Below are positions 54,939 through 61,344 of a DNA stretch of 61,344 bases, piece after piece (the first letter of the stretch is position 1; the number at the start of each line of letters is the position of its first letter). This stretch comes from Minisyncoccia bacterium (GTDB lineage: Bacteria > Patescibacteriota > Minisyncoccia > Moranbacterales > GCA-2747515), in NCBI GenBank assembly GCA_041738235.1, contig JBGSQF010000013.1, forward strand, positions 1 to 61,344. The letters are read 5' to 3'. A program made the position numbers and the translations under genes. A model generated the notes under the pieces. That model had not been told where the DNA came from, did no database searches, and saw only the letters and a list, made by a program, of their open reading frames with translations.

Positions 54939-55421
54939 ATGAACAAGTCCTTTTCTTTTTCTTTGATTTCTCTGATCCTGGTCGCCACCCTGTTGAACGG
55001 GTGCGCGACTGATTATGCTCAGCAACGCGCTGGGCAGGCGGGGATCGGCGCTTTGGTGGGTGCCGCGGGCGGAGCCCTCGTGGGGTCCGTCTTAGGAGGA
55101 TCTGGGGGTGCCAGGGACGGCGCTAAGATCGGTGCCGTCCTTGGTGCCGGGGCGGGGTGGAACAGTCCGCCTCCGGGATCCGTCCCTCAAGGAGGAGTCG
55201 CCTATGCACCCTATGGAGGGGTGGGAGACGCCTGCTGGACGGCGTACCCGTACGACACTCGGCGTAGACTTATATGCGCTGAGAACGCTCGGGACGAGGC
55301 GTTCCGGCAGCAGCAGGCTGCGGAACGTCAGGCTGACCGGGAGGCGGTGGAGATCGGACGTCAGTCCGAATCCTACCGCTATGGTGGCGGAGGAAGATAT
55401 CTCCGCCGATACGGCTGGTAG
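54939..55421 (+). CDS. glycine-zipper lipoprotein (17-kDa antigen / SlyB-like), very GC-rich
   Basis: Signal peptide plus lipobox-like LLNGC. GIGALVGAAGGALVGSVLGGSGG...IGAVLGAGAG. GGAG lies 7 nt upstream of ATG 54939. Confidence 0.75.
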   Translation: MNKSFSFSLISLILVATLLNGCATDYAQQRAGQAGIGALVGAAGGALVGSVLGGSGGARDGAKIGAVLGAGAGWNSPPPGSVPQGGVAYAPYGGVGDACWTAYPYDTRRRLICAENARDEAFRQQQAAERQADREAVEIGRQSESYRYGGGGRYLRRYGW

Positions 55422-55442
55422 GAACCCTGCGCAGGGACGCGC

Positions 55443-55498
55443 AAAAAAACGGGAGGTGTAGTACCGAGGCAATTGCCTTTGTGACACCCCCGTTTTTT
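55443..55498 (+). terminator. long hairpin terminator
   Basis: aaaaaaacgggaggtgt pairs with acacccccgtttttt. An inner hairpin aggcaattgcct sits in the loop. Followed by a T6 run. Confidence 0.6.
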
Positions 55499-55519
55499 AA
55501 ATGGTTGTAAAAGATCTAT

Positions 55520-55546
55520 TTAGCACTCTTGACTATACTCTGCTAA
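55520..55546 (+). promoter_or_regulatory. degenerate CIRCE-like element overlapping a candidate groES promoter
   Basis: TTAGCACTC-N9-CTCTGCTAA: the left arm is perfect and the right arm matches 6/9. TTGACT (55529-55534), 17 nt spacer, TATACT (55552-55557). Confidence 0.45.
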
Positions 55547-55598
55547 TTTTTTATACTGGGAGCACAGTGCGTAAAGATTAATTTGTAAAGAAACGAAT

Positions 55599-55883
55599 AT
55601 GGCAAAAATAGGAATTCGTCCCATTGGGGACTATGTGCTTGTTGAGCAAAAAAAGGTCGAAAAGAAAACTGAAACGGGGCTTTACCTTCCTGACAGCGCT
55701 TCGCAGGAACGGGCCAAACAGGGAAAGGTTGTTGCGATTGGAGAAGGGAAGAAGGTCTTGGTAAAGAAGGGTGAGACGATCATTTACAAAGGGTATTACG
55801 GTGAGGATGATATTATCAAGGAAGGAAAGAAGGAGTATCTTTTGGTGAAAGCGGAAGATGTGATCGCTGTAGTGGAGGAATAA
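55599..55883 (+). CDS. groES: co-chaperonin GroES
   Basis: IRPIGDYVLVEQ...ETGLYLPDSA...GKVVAIGEG, 94 aa. Confidence 0.95.
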   Translation: MAKIGIRPIGDYVLVEQKKVEKKTETGLYLPDSASQERAKQGKVVAIGEGKKVLVKKGETIIYKGYYGEDDIIKEGKKEYLLVKAEDVIAVVEE

Positions 55884-55908
55884 TGATCCTTGATGAGCGT
55901 TGGAAATG

Positions 55909-55930
55909 AAAACCCCCGAAAGGGGGTTTT
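55909..55930 (+). terminator. rho-independent terminator directly after groES
   Basis: aaaaccccc GAAA gggggtttt (9-bp stem with a GNRA-type loop). Confidence 0.8.
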
Positions 55931-56005
55931 AGAGTGGTCAGATAATGATATTGGATGGTCCCACGTAGAAGATGTTCTTTGTGGGACCAATGGGGAAGAT
56001 ATTCC

Positions 56006-56158
56006 TTAGAGTCTTTTCTTTCGCGCGGGGAAAGAAAGCGGCAAAAAGGCTACTCCGATGGCAAGGAAGATCGTTCCGGTTATTGGGCCATGGATAAGAA
56101 AACCCATGATACTGGAAGCAATGCAACCTGTTCCAATAAACAGGGAGAGTAGTTTCAT
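56006..56158 (-). CDS. possible 50-aa small membrane protein
   Basis: MKLLSLFIGTGCIASSIMGFLIHGPITGTIFLAIGVAFLPLSFPRAKEKTL*. Below the track length cut-off. A hairpin at 55957-55988 lies downstream. Confidence 0.3.
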   Translation of the reverse strand: MKLLSLFIGTGCIASSIMGFLIHGPITGTIFLAIGVAFLPLSFPARKKRL

Positions 56159-56190
56159 AAGGACGTTCTCTCTTGGACTGGAAAAGAATG

Positions 56191-56263
56191 TGCGCTCGGC
56201 AGGAATCGGACCTGCGACCTTCTGGACCGCAACCAGACGCTCTATCCACTGAGCTACGAGCGC
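56191..56263 (-). tRNA. tRNA-Arg (anticodon GCG), CCA not encoded
   Basis: Hand-folded cloverleaf: GCGCTCG/CGAGCGC acceptor, GCTC..GAGC D arm, TCTGG-TTGCGGT-CCAGA anticodon arm, GCAGG-TCCGATT-CCTGC T arm. 73 nt. Confidence 0.85.
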
Positions 56264-56281
56264 GAATATGACAAATGTAGA

Positions 56282-56740
56282 CTAGAAGAGATCCCCCAAT
56301 ATGTCAATGATGCCCTCTTCGTGTTTTTTTTCTGGGAGACTTTTGAGAAGTTGCTCTCGAATGATGACCGGGTCCATGTCTCCGAGAGGTATCTTCACAT
56401 ACGGCAGGATCTCTGCTTGGGTGTGGAGGCTGATATATTGCTTTCCTCCCGGTTCATAGAAGATCCAAAAGGAGTTGATGTTTTCGTAGGGGTAGAGCTC
56501 ATTTCCCACGCGGATGCCATCTTCGGTTATCATGAATGTCATCAGGGGAGGATCTTTCTCGATCAGAAGGTAACCAACAACGCCTATAAGGATAAAGGTT
56601 ATTGCCATTATGGGGCTGTTTGTAAAAAGGGCGTAGAAAATGATGACAGCCAAAAACAGCATTGCTATGAGGTACCAGCGTTTTGTTTTTTCTTTTTTTG
56701 AATACTCTTTTGTTTCCCAGTGGAAGAAGACGCGAGTCAT
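56282..56740 (-). CDS. membrane protein with two TM helices and a small C-terminal soluble domain (hypothetical)
   Basis: WYLIAMLFLAVIIFYALF and IMAITFILIGVVGYLLI helices. No family recognised. Confidence 0.6.
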   Translation of the reverse strand: MTRVFFHWETKEYSKKEKTKRWYLIAMLFLAVIIFYALFTNSPIMAITFILIGVVGYLLIEKDPPLMTFMITEDGIRVGNELYPYENINSFWIFYEPGGKQYISLHTQAEILPYVKIPLGDMDPVIIREQLLKSLPEKKHEEGIIDILGDLF

Positions 56741-56867
56741 AGAAATAAAAATAGGGGACTGTGCGTATGTATTGTCAAACGGAGTGTCACAGTATAGAAT
56801 AGAGTGATACTGTTTGCAGTGATCTTATAAGTACAGTATAAGCAATTTTATTCATAAAGACAAATGT

Positions 56868-58112
56868 ATGTTTGGAAAAGATGAGCTCAATATGTGTCAG
56901 AAATGTAATTTATGGTTGGAGAAAGTAAAGCAATTGAAATCACTAAGTTCCAAGGACCTTTTTATTCTCAAAAATCCTCGAAGGGTAACGGCAGTAAATT
57001 ATCCTGTGCGTATGGATAATGGATCGATCCGCTTGGTGAGCGCTTTTCGTGTGCAATATAACGACGCCATTGGACCAACAAAAGGAGGAATACGGATGCA
57101 TGAATCGGTGGATCAGGAAGAGGTGAGCGAATTGGCATTTCTTATGTCACTCAAAACCGCTCTTATGGGTCTTCCTTATGGGGGAGCTAAAGGAGGTATC
57201 AAGATCGACCCAACCAATCTGAGTGAAGGGGAACTTGAGCGTGTTTCACGTGGATATGTTAAGGAAATGCGTAATATCTTTGGACCCGAAAAAGACATTC
57301 CAGCTCCGGATGTGAACACCGACGCGCGAGTGATGGCGTGGATGTTGGACGAATATGAACAGATCGTTGGACACAGTGCCCCAGGAATGATCACGGGGAA
57401 GCCGATCATTTTGGGAGGAAGTCTTGGGCGTGATACGTCCACGGCGCGTGGTGCCTTTTTTATCATCAATGAAATGTTTGGTGACATAAAGGGAGCAACT
57501 GTGGCTATTCAAGGATTTGGGAACGCTGGGGGAAATCTTGCTAAATTCTTACATCAAGCGGGATTCCGTGTGGTGGCGGTGAGCGATGCTTCTGGTGGTA
57601 TTTATAATGAGAAGGGACTCAATATAGAAGCCATCGTTGCGAATAAAGGCACGAAATCCGGCTTTGAGAAGGTCGTTTCTGAGGGAAGTATGATCACCAA
57701 TGAAGAACTTTTGGCTCTTGATGTCGATCTGTTGGTTCCTGCTGCTTTGGGAGGGGTGATCACCAAGGAAAATGCTGGTCGTGTGAAGGCCAAGAAGATC
57801 CTTGAGGTAGCAAATGCGCCTGTTATGAGTGATGCGGAAGAGATATTAGACAAGAAAGGTATTGAGATCATTCCTGACATTTTGGCCAATGCGGGAGGGG
57901 TGATCGTGAGCTATTTTGAGTGGGCGCAGAACATGCAAAACTTTTATTGGACGGAACAAGAGGTGGATGATCGCTTGAGAGAGAAGATGGTATCGGTCTA
58001 CACTGCGATCAAAAAAGTTCAGCAAGAGGAAAAGATCTCTGTTCGTTCCGCAAGCTATGTGCTGGCCATTGCCAGGATCTTGCAGGCGGAAAAGCTTAGA
58101 GGAAGACTCTAA
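56868..58112 (+). CDS. gdhA: glutamate dehydrogenase (Glu/Leu/Phe/Val dehydrogenase family)
   Basis: GPTKGGIRMH, GLPYGGAKGGI, Rossmann GFGNAGG, 414 aa. Confidence 0.9.
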   Translation: MFGKDELNMCQKCNLWLEKVKQLKSLSSKDLFILKNPRRVTAVNYPVRMDNGSIRLVSAFRVQYNDAIGPTKGGIRMHESVDQEEVSELAFLMSLKTALMGLPYGGAKGGIKIDPTNLSEGELERVSRGYVKEMRNIFGPEKDIPAPDVNTDARVMAWMLDEYEQIVGHSAPGMITGKPIILGGSLGRDTSTARGAFFIINEMFGDIKGATVAIQGFGNAGGNLAKFLHQAGFRVVAVSDASGGIYNEKGLNIEAIVANKGTKSGFEKVVSEGSMITNEELLALDVDLLVPAALGGVITKENAGRVKAKKILEVANAPVMSDAEEILDKKGIEIIPDILANAGGVIVSYFEWAQNMQNFYWTEQEVDDRLREKMVSVYTAIKKVQQEEKISVRSASYVLAIARILQAEKLRGRL

Positions 58113-58145
58113 TGGAGTAGGTAAGTGGTGATTTGAATGAATAAC

Positions 58146-58180
58146 AAAAGGACAGGGTTTATTCCCTGTCCTTTTGTTTC
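58146..58180. terminator. bidirectional terminator after gdh
   Basis: aaaaggacaggg (58146-58157) pairs with ccctgtcctttt (58164-58175). Confidence 0.75.
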
Positions 58181-58262
58181 TATAAATGACGAAGGTCGAA
58201 ATGTGCGCGGGCATTTCGACCTATTTCCTTGTCGTATGTGAGTCTTCTCCTTATATCGGTGT

Positions 58263-58448
58263 TTATTGGGTGTTCTCGTGGATGATGGCAGTTATGACGC
58301 TACCTCCAGCGAAGAAGACCACCATGATCCATGTCCCACCAAGGAGCGGTGGGACGAATTGCGCCACGGCAAGGAGTAAACTTGCTCCAAGCCAGACAGG
58401 TATTCCGTTTCTGGGAATGGTCCTCCGGGGGACCCGATTCTTTTTCAA
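58263..58448 (-). CDS. small two-TM membrane protein (61 aa from TTG 58448)
   Basis: GGAGG lies 5 nt upstream of TTG 58448. IPVWLGASLLLAVAQFV and TWIMVVFFAGGSVITAII helices. The track ORF extends to 58544 without support. Confidence 0.4.
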   Translation of the reverse strand: MKKNRVPRRTIPRNGIPVWLGASLLLAVAQFVPPLLGGTWIMVVFFAGGSVITAIIHENTQ

Positions 58449-58611
58449 GACGTCCTCCAGCGGACTATTCCGCAGTTGGTAGTAAAAAGCACATAAAGTG
58501 TAGCATAGAAATTGTCGATTGTGAAGTTTTTGGTATTTTTTCAAATGACAAAACCGGCTCGTGTTGCGATAGCCGGTTTATTCCGTGTCTTTCTCGGATG
58601 TGAGCGATGTT

Positions 58612-59187
58612 TTATCGCCCTATGCGTGGCAGAGGAGGTTTTATTTGTTTGGGGCAGAGTAGGATCCCCAGGATCGTCAGAAGCAGTCCTCCAAGGATGA
58701 AGCCATAGATGAGACCCATCCAACACCCCATAGCTCCAAGGTAAGCCGGGAATGCGCCTTTTGGGTTTGGATGTGGTGACCCCATTTCCCCAACCACCAT
58801 CCCTGTAGTGGCGATAATGAGGCAAAGTAGCCAATACCCCCAGTTGGACCGGACTTCTTCTTCCGAGATCCTCTTGACCACGGTAGAAGATCCTTCGATC
58901 GTGATCTCCAAAACATCTCTCGAGATGTTTTCGGAGAAGCTAACCGACCAAGGGATTGGGATTGCGTTTTCTGCAAGGACGCATCTCGAGGATCCATTCT
59001 CTTCAGCCTCTTTGAAGCATTCATCGGGGATCACGCCTTCATATTTGGCTTTGTATGTGGTGGGATAGCAGAGAAATATCCCATGACTCATGAATGGTTT
59101 CCCCGGACAGAGAGGTATCTCCGCAGTGGCAACATTGGCGAAGCTGGTTGCCAAGAAAAGCAAGAACCCAACGATTCGTGCTGACAT
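58612..59187 (-). CDS. secreted or membrane protein with signal peptide, Cys-containing ectodomain and C-terminal TM helices (hypothetical)
   Basis: GGAGG lies 7 nt upstream of ATG 59187. Signal peptide MSARIVGFLLFLATSFANVATA. GC-richer than the flanks. Confidence 0.6.
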   Translation of the reverse strand: MSARIVGFLLFLATSFANVATAEIPLCPGKPFMSHGIFLCYPTTYKAKYEGVIPDECFKEAEENGSSRCVLAENAIPIPWSVSFSENISRDVLEITIEGSSTVVKRISEEEVRSNWGYWLLCLIIATTGMVVGEMGSPHPNPKGAFPAYLGAMGCWMGLIYGFILGGLLLTILGILLCPKQIKPPLPRIGR

Positions 59188-59372
59188 GGAAAATCCTCCG
59201 GTGTTTGTAGGGATTCTGTGATCCGTGCAGTTGCAACGGATTCTTTATGATGTCGAGAATAACAAAGACTGTCAAGTTTGTGGTTTTATGGAAGAACTGA
59301 CGGTGAATCTGTATGTAGGGGGACTTTCTATAAGTGAAAGAAAATCTCTTAATATAAGTAGTAATTGGTAGA

Positions 59373-59399
59373 GTTAGCACTCGGACTTGACGAGTGCTA
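59373..59399 (+). promoter_or_regulatory. CIRCE operator (HrcA binding site), perfect consensus
   Basis: TTAGCACTC-GGACTTGAC-GAGTGCTAA, 76 nt upstream of the hrcA ATG. Confidence 0.9.
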
Positions 59400-59474
59400 A
59401 AAGTGGAATTATAATGAGTGTGTAATGATCGAGGTGCGGGATATAATAACTCAATTTTCAATCTTGACCACGTT

Positions 59475-60245
59475 ATGAATGAGCGACAGAAACACATTCT
59501 TGCGGCAGTAGTGAAGGAATACACGGAAACAGCTTTGCCGGTAGGGTCTGGGGTTTTGGTGCAGAAATATCTTCCGGACGTCAGTAGTGCCACGATCCGA
59601 AATGACATGGCTGAGCTGGAGGATGAAGGGTATCTTTATCAACCCCATATCAGCTCAGGACGTATTCCGACGGACGAGGGGTATCGATACTTTGTGGAAG
59701 AGGTGATGGAGGATCGGGAGCTTTCTCTGGATGAGCAACAATCCCTTCAGAAGGAACTTTTGCAGCTTCGGGCTAAGAATGTACGACTTGCACGAACGAC
59801 GGCGAAACTCCTTTCTGCACTATCGGGCGGTGTTGGACTTTCTGGTGTGGTGTCGAAGAACAAAGAAGAGTTTTATGAGTTTGGGCTTCCTCATCTGCTT
59901 GAGCAGGCGACAGAACGAGGGGATATTGATGAAGTATGTCGATTGGCGGAGGTGTTGGATCTTATTGATGAAAAATTGGATGTATTGCTTGATAGGGTGA
60001 AGGATGGGGAAACGCGGATATTTATCGGAAAGGAGAATCCTATTAGCGAGATATCGGGGTATTCAATGGTGGTGTCGCCGTACACATCCAAGGGGGGTGA
60101 TCGCGGAGTGATAGCCCTTATTGGCCCAAAGCGTATGGAGTATGCGAAGAACAAATCATTGATCGATTACGTAAAGCGGTTACTGAGTTCTTCCGGGGTT
60201 GTCATAGTGATACTTTCTAGCGGGGCGGTAGTACTAATTTCGTAA
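59475..60245 (+). CDS. hrcA: heat-inducible transcription repressor HrcA (short form)
   Basis: N-terminal wHTH QKHILAAVVKEYTETALPVGSGVLVQKY...SATIRNDMAELEDEGYL. ATG 59475 lies inside the ORF that opens at 59418. Confidence 0.88.
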   Translation: MNERQKHILAAVVKEYTETALPVGSGVLVQKYLPDVSSATIRNDMAELEDEGYLYQPHISSGRIPTDEGYRYFVEEVMEDRELSLDEQQSLQKELLQLRAKNVRLARTTAKLLSALSGGVGLSGVVSKNKEEFYEFGLPHLLEQATERGDIDEVCRLAEVLDLIDEKLDVLLDRVKDGETRIFIGKENPISEISGYSMVVSPYTSKGGDRGVIALIGPKRMEYAKNKSLIDYVKRLLSSSGVVIVILSSGAVVLIS

Positions 60246-60255
60246 TATTAGTGAC

Positions 60256-61206
60256 ATGGAAAAAAAGAAAATGAGCCATGAGCATCGTCGAAACTTTGCC
60301 GAGGTACAGATATTTTCTGGGGGCATCATTGTGAACAAAGATGATAAGATATTTCTCGCCAAGGGACAGAAATTTGGCAATAAATATATTTTTCCGGGGG
60401 GGAAGGTTGAAGCGAATGAAAGCATTGAAGAGGCAGCCATTCGGGAAATAAGAGAAGAAACAGGGATGCAGGTAGAGATCGAGTCCCAGCTGCACTTCAG
60501 TGAGTTTCGTGATCGTCCGGAGGCGGCATATAAAAATAAACGGTTTGTTCTTTGCGATCTGGTTCTGAGGTATTCTGGTGATGAAAGTGAAATAGAGCTG
60601 AATGATGAATATGACGGTGATCACGGATGGTTTTCGGTCGGTGAGGCCCTTGCGCTCGACCTTGGAGGTAATGTTCGTGAAACAGTCCTTGCTTATCGAG
60701 AGTATGTGGAACGAAAGAGTTCGATGGATAACTGGAAGCGTGCGGTAGCGGAGTTTGAGAATTACAAGAAAAGCAAGATGAATTTGGAGCGAGATATGGC
60801 AGGGCGGGCGGTGGAGGATTTTGCCTATCGATTACTTCCTGTGGTAGATAATTTCCACGCTTCGACCGATCACATCCCGGATGACCAGAAGGAAAGCGGT
60901 TGGGTACAGGGGATCATGTATATTCAAAAACAGTTGGAGCAAGTTCTGCAAGAAATGGGCATTGAGGAGATCGTGACGAAAGAGGGGGACACATTCGATC
61001 CACGTGTGCATGAAGCAGTAGCTGAAACAAACAAAGACCAGAAAGTGGCAGGTGATGAGGAGGAGAAAGATGAGGATGAGGATGACGAGCAACAGGAAAT
61101 AGCGGATAAGGAAAAGAATAATGCGGAGAAGATAAAGCAGGTTCTGGTGAAGGGATACAAACGAGGAGAACGGGTGGTTCGAGCGGCGAGAGTGATAGTT
61201 GTGTAG
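60256..61206 (+). CDS. grpE: Nudix hydrolase - GrpE fusion protein
   Basis: Perfect Nudix box GKVEANESIEEAAIREIREETGM (aa 49-71). GrpE core AEFENYKKS...LLPVVDNF...GDTFDPRVHEAV...VKGYKRGERVVRAARVIV. One continuous ORF. Confidence 0.85.
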   Translation: MEKKKMSHEHRRNFAEVQIFSGGIIVNKDDKIFLAKGQKFGNKYIFPGGKVEANESIEEAAIREIREETGMQVEIESQLHFSEFRDRPEAAYKNKRFVLCDLVLRYSGDESEIELNDEYDGDHGWFSVGEALALDLGGNVRETVLAYREYVERKSSMDNWKRAVAEFENYKKSKMNLERDMAGRAVEDFAYRLLPVVDNFHASTDHIPDDQKESGWVQGIMYIQKQLEQVLQEMGIEEIVTKEGDTFDPRVHEAVAETNKDQKVAGDEEEKDEDEDDEQQEIADKEKNNAEKIKQVLVKGYKRGERVVRAARVIVV

Positions 61207-61268
61207 AGAGGAATTTTGATCGTAAAGTTGGGTAAAAAGTTAATTTATTGAGAAAGGGGGTGACAAAT

Positions 61269-61344
61269 ATGCGCAGAGGACTTATGCAATGGCATCCTAT
61301 GTTGGATGTCGACCAATTCTTCGACAACGACTTCCTGAGCGGGG
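61269..61344 (+). CDS. possible small heat-shock protein (Hsp20-like) N-terminus, truncated by window end
   Basis: AAAGGGGG lies 8 nt upstream of ATG 61269. MRRGLMQWHPMLDVDQFFDNDF resembles sHSP N-termini. Only 25 codons are visible. Confidence 0.35.
   Translation, partial: MRRGLMQWHPMLDVDQFFDNDFLSG

Noticed and set aside
54797-54988. A 63-aa minus-strand ORF covering the lipoprotein leader.
   Set aside because: It overlaps the start of the lipoprotein gene and the leader hairpins, and has no SD or recognisable features. The region is better explained as a 5' UTR.
55092-55487. ORFs 55092..55487 (-) and 55108..55461 (+) overlapping the GC-rich lipoprotein gene.
   Set aside because: These are long open frames expected by chance in 65-75% GC DNA. 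Their products are R/P/S-rich, whereas the 54939..55421 frame has a signal peptide, lipobox and glycine zipper.
55938-56249. A 103-aa minus-strand ORF downstream of groES.
   Set aside because: Its 5' half overlaps the tRNA-Arg gene. A shorter 50-aa membrane ORF in another frame (56006..56158) fits the region better, and even that is low confidence.
59039-59608. A 189-aa minus-strand ORF across the hrcA promoter, CIRCE and hrcA 5' end.
   Set aside because: It runs antisense through a perfect CIRCE operator and into hrcA and the 58612..59187 gene. Its composition is not protein-like.
1-61344. Possible alternative genetic code (UGA recoding, as in some CPR lineages).
   Set aside because: TGA terminates several conserved genes at their expected lengths (mraY, mreC, sat, REC-REC regulator, GT genes with ATGA overlaps). 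No conserved protein requires read-through.

Overview
This is a low-GC bacterial chromosome segment coded almost entirely on the plus strand. Gene content suggests a small-genome Patescibacteria/CPR-like organism (inference): ScpAB, MraY, SecDF, MreBCD-PBP2, GreA, MurJ, GroES, HrcA-GrpE, a giant DUF4012-like protein, a lone PurD-like ATP-grasp, a 23S-IVS-type four-helix-bundle gene, and weak or absent Shine-Dalgarno sites on most genes. TGA, TAA and TAG all end well-conserved genes at expected lengths, so the standard bacterial code applies. I saw no rRNA, CRISPR array, transposase or integrase. The main feature is a ~24 kb AT-rich surface-glycan island (about 12.5-36 kb). It holds about 10 glycosyltransferases, a split Wzm/Wzt-type ABC exporter, a complete PAPS-making and PAP-recycling set (sat, cysC, cysQ-like) and two sulfotransferases, which argues for a sulfated exported glycan. 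Five unrelated enzymes in the island share a C-terminal module of coiled coil plus an SSKFWK[LM]R tail. Two of them carry perfect 42-bp (two-heptad) in-frame tandem duplications just upstream of that tail. One paralogue is broken at two homopolymer tracts plus a nonsense codon. Other notable items: (1) a parvulin-like domain inserted in the periplasmic part of SecD; (2) a Nudix-GrpE fusion behind a perfect CIRCE-hrcA; (3) groES without groEL; (4) a tRNA-Arg(GCG) with an unusual T-loop; (5) several small GC-rich, SD-bearing, probably foreign insertions at 10.4-11.3 kb, 54.8-55.5 kb and 58.2-59.2 kb. All family calls come from motif recognition by eye, with no searches run.
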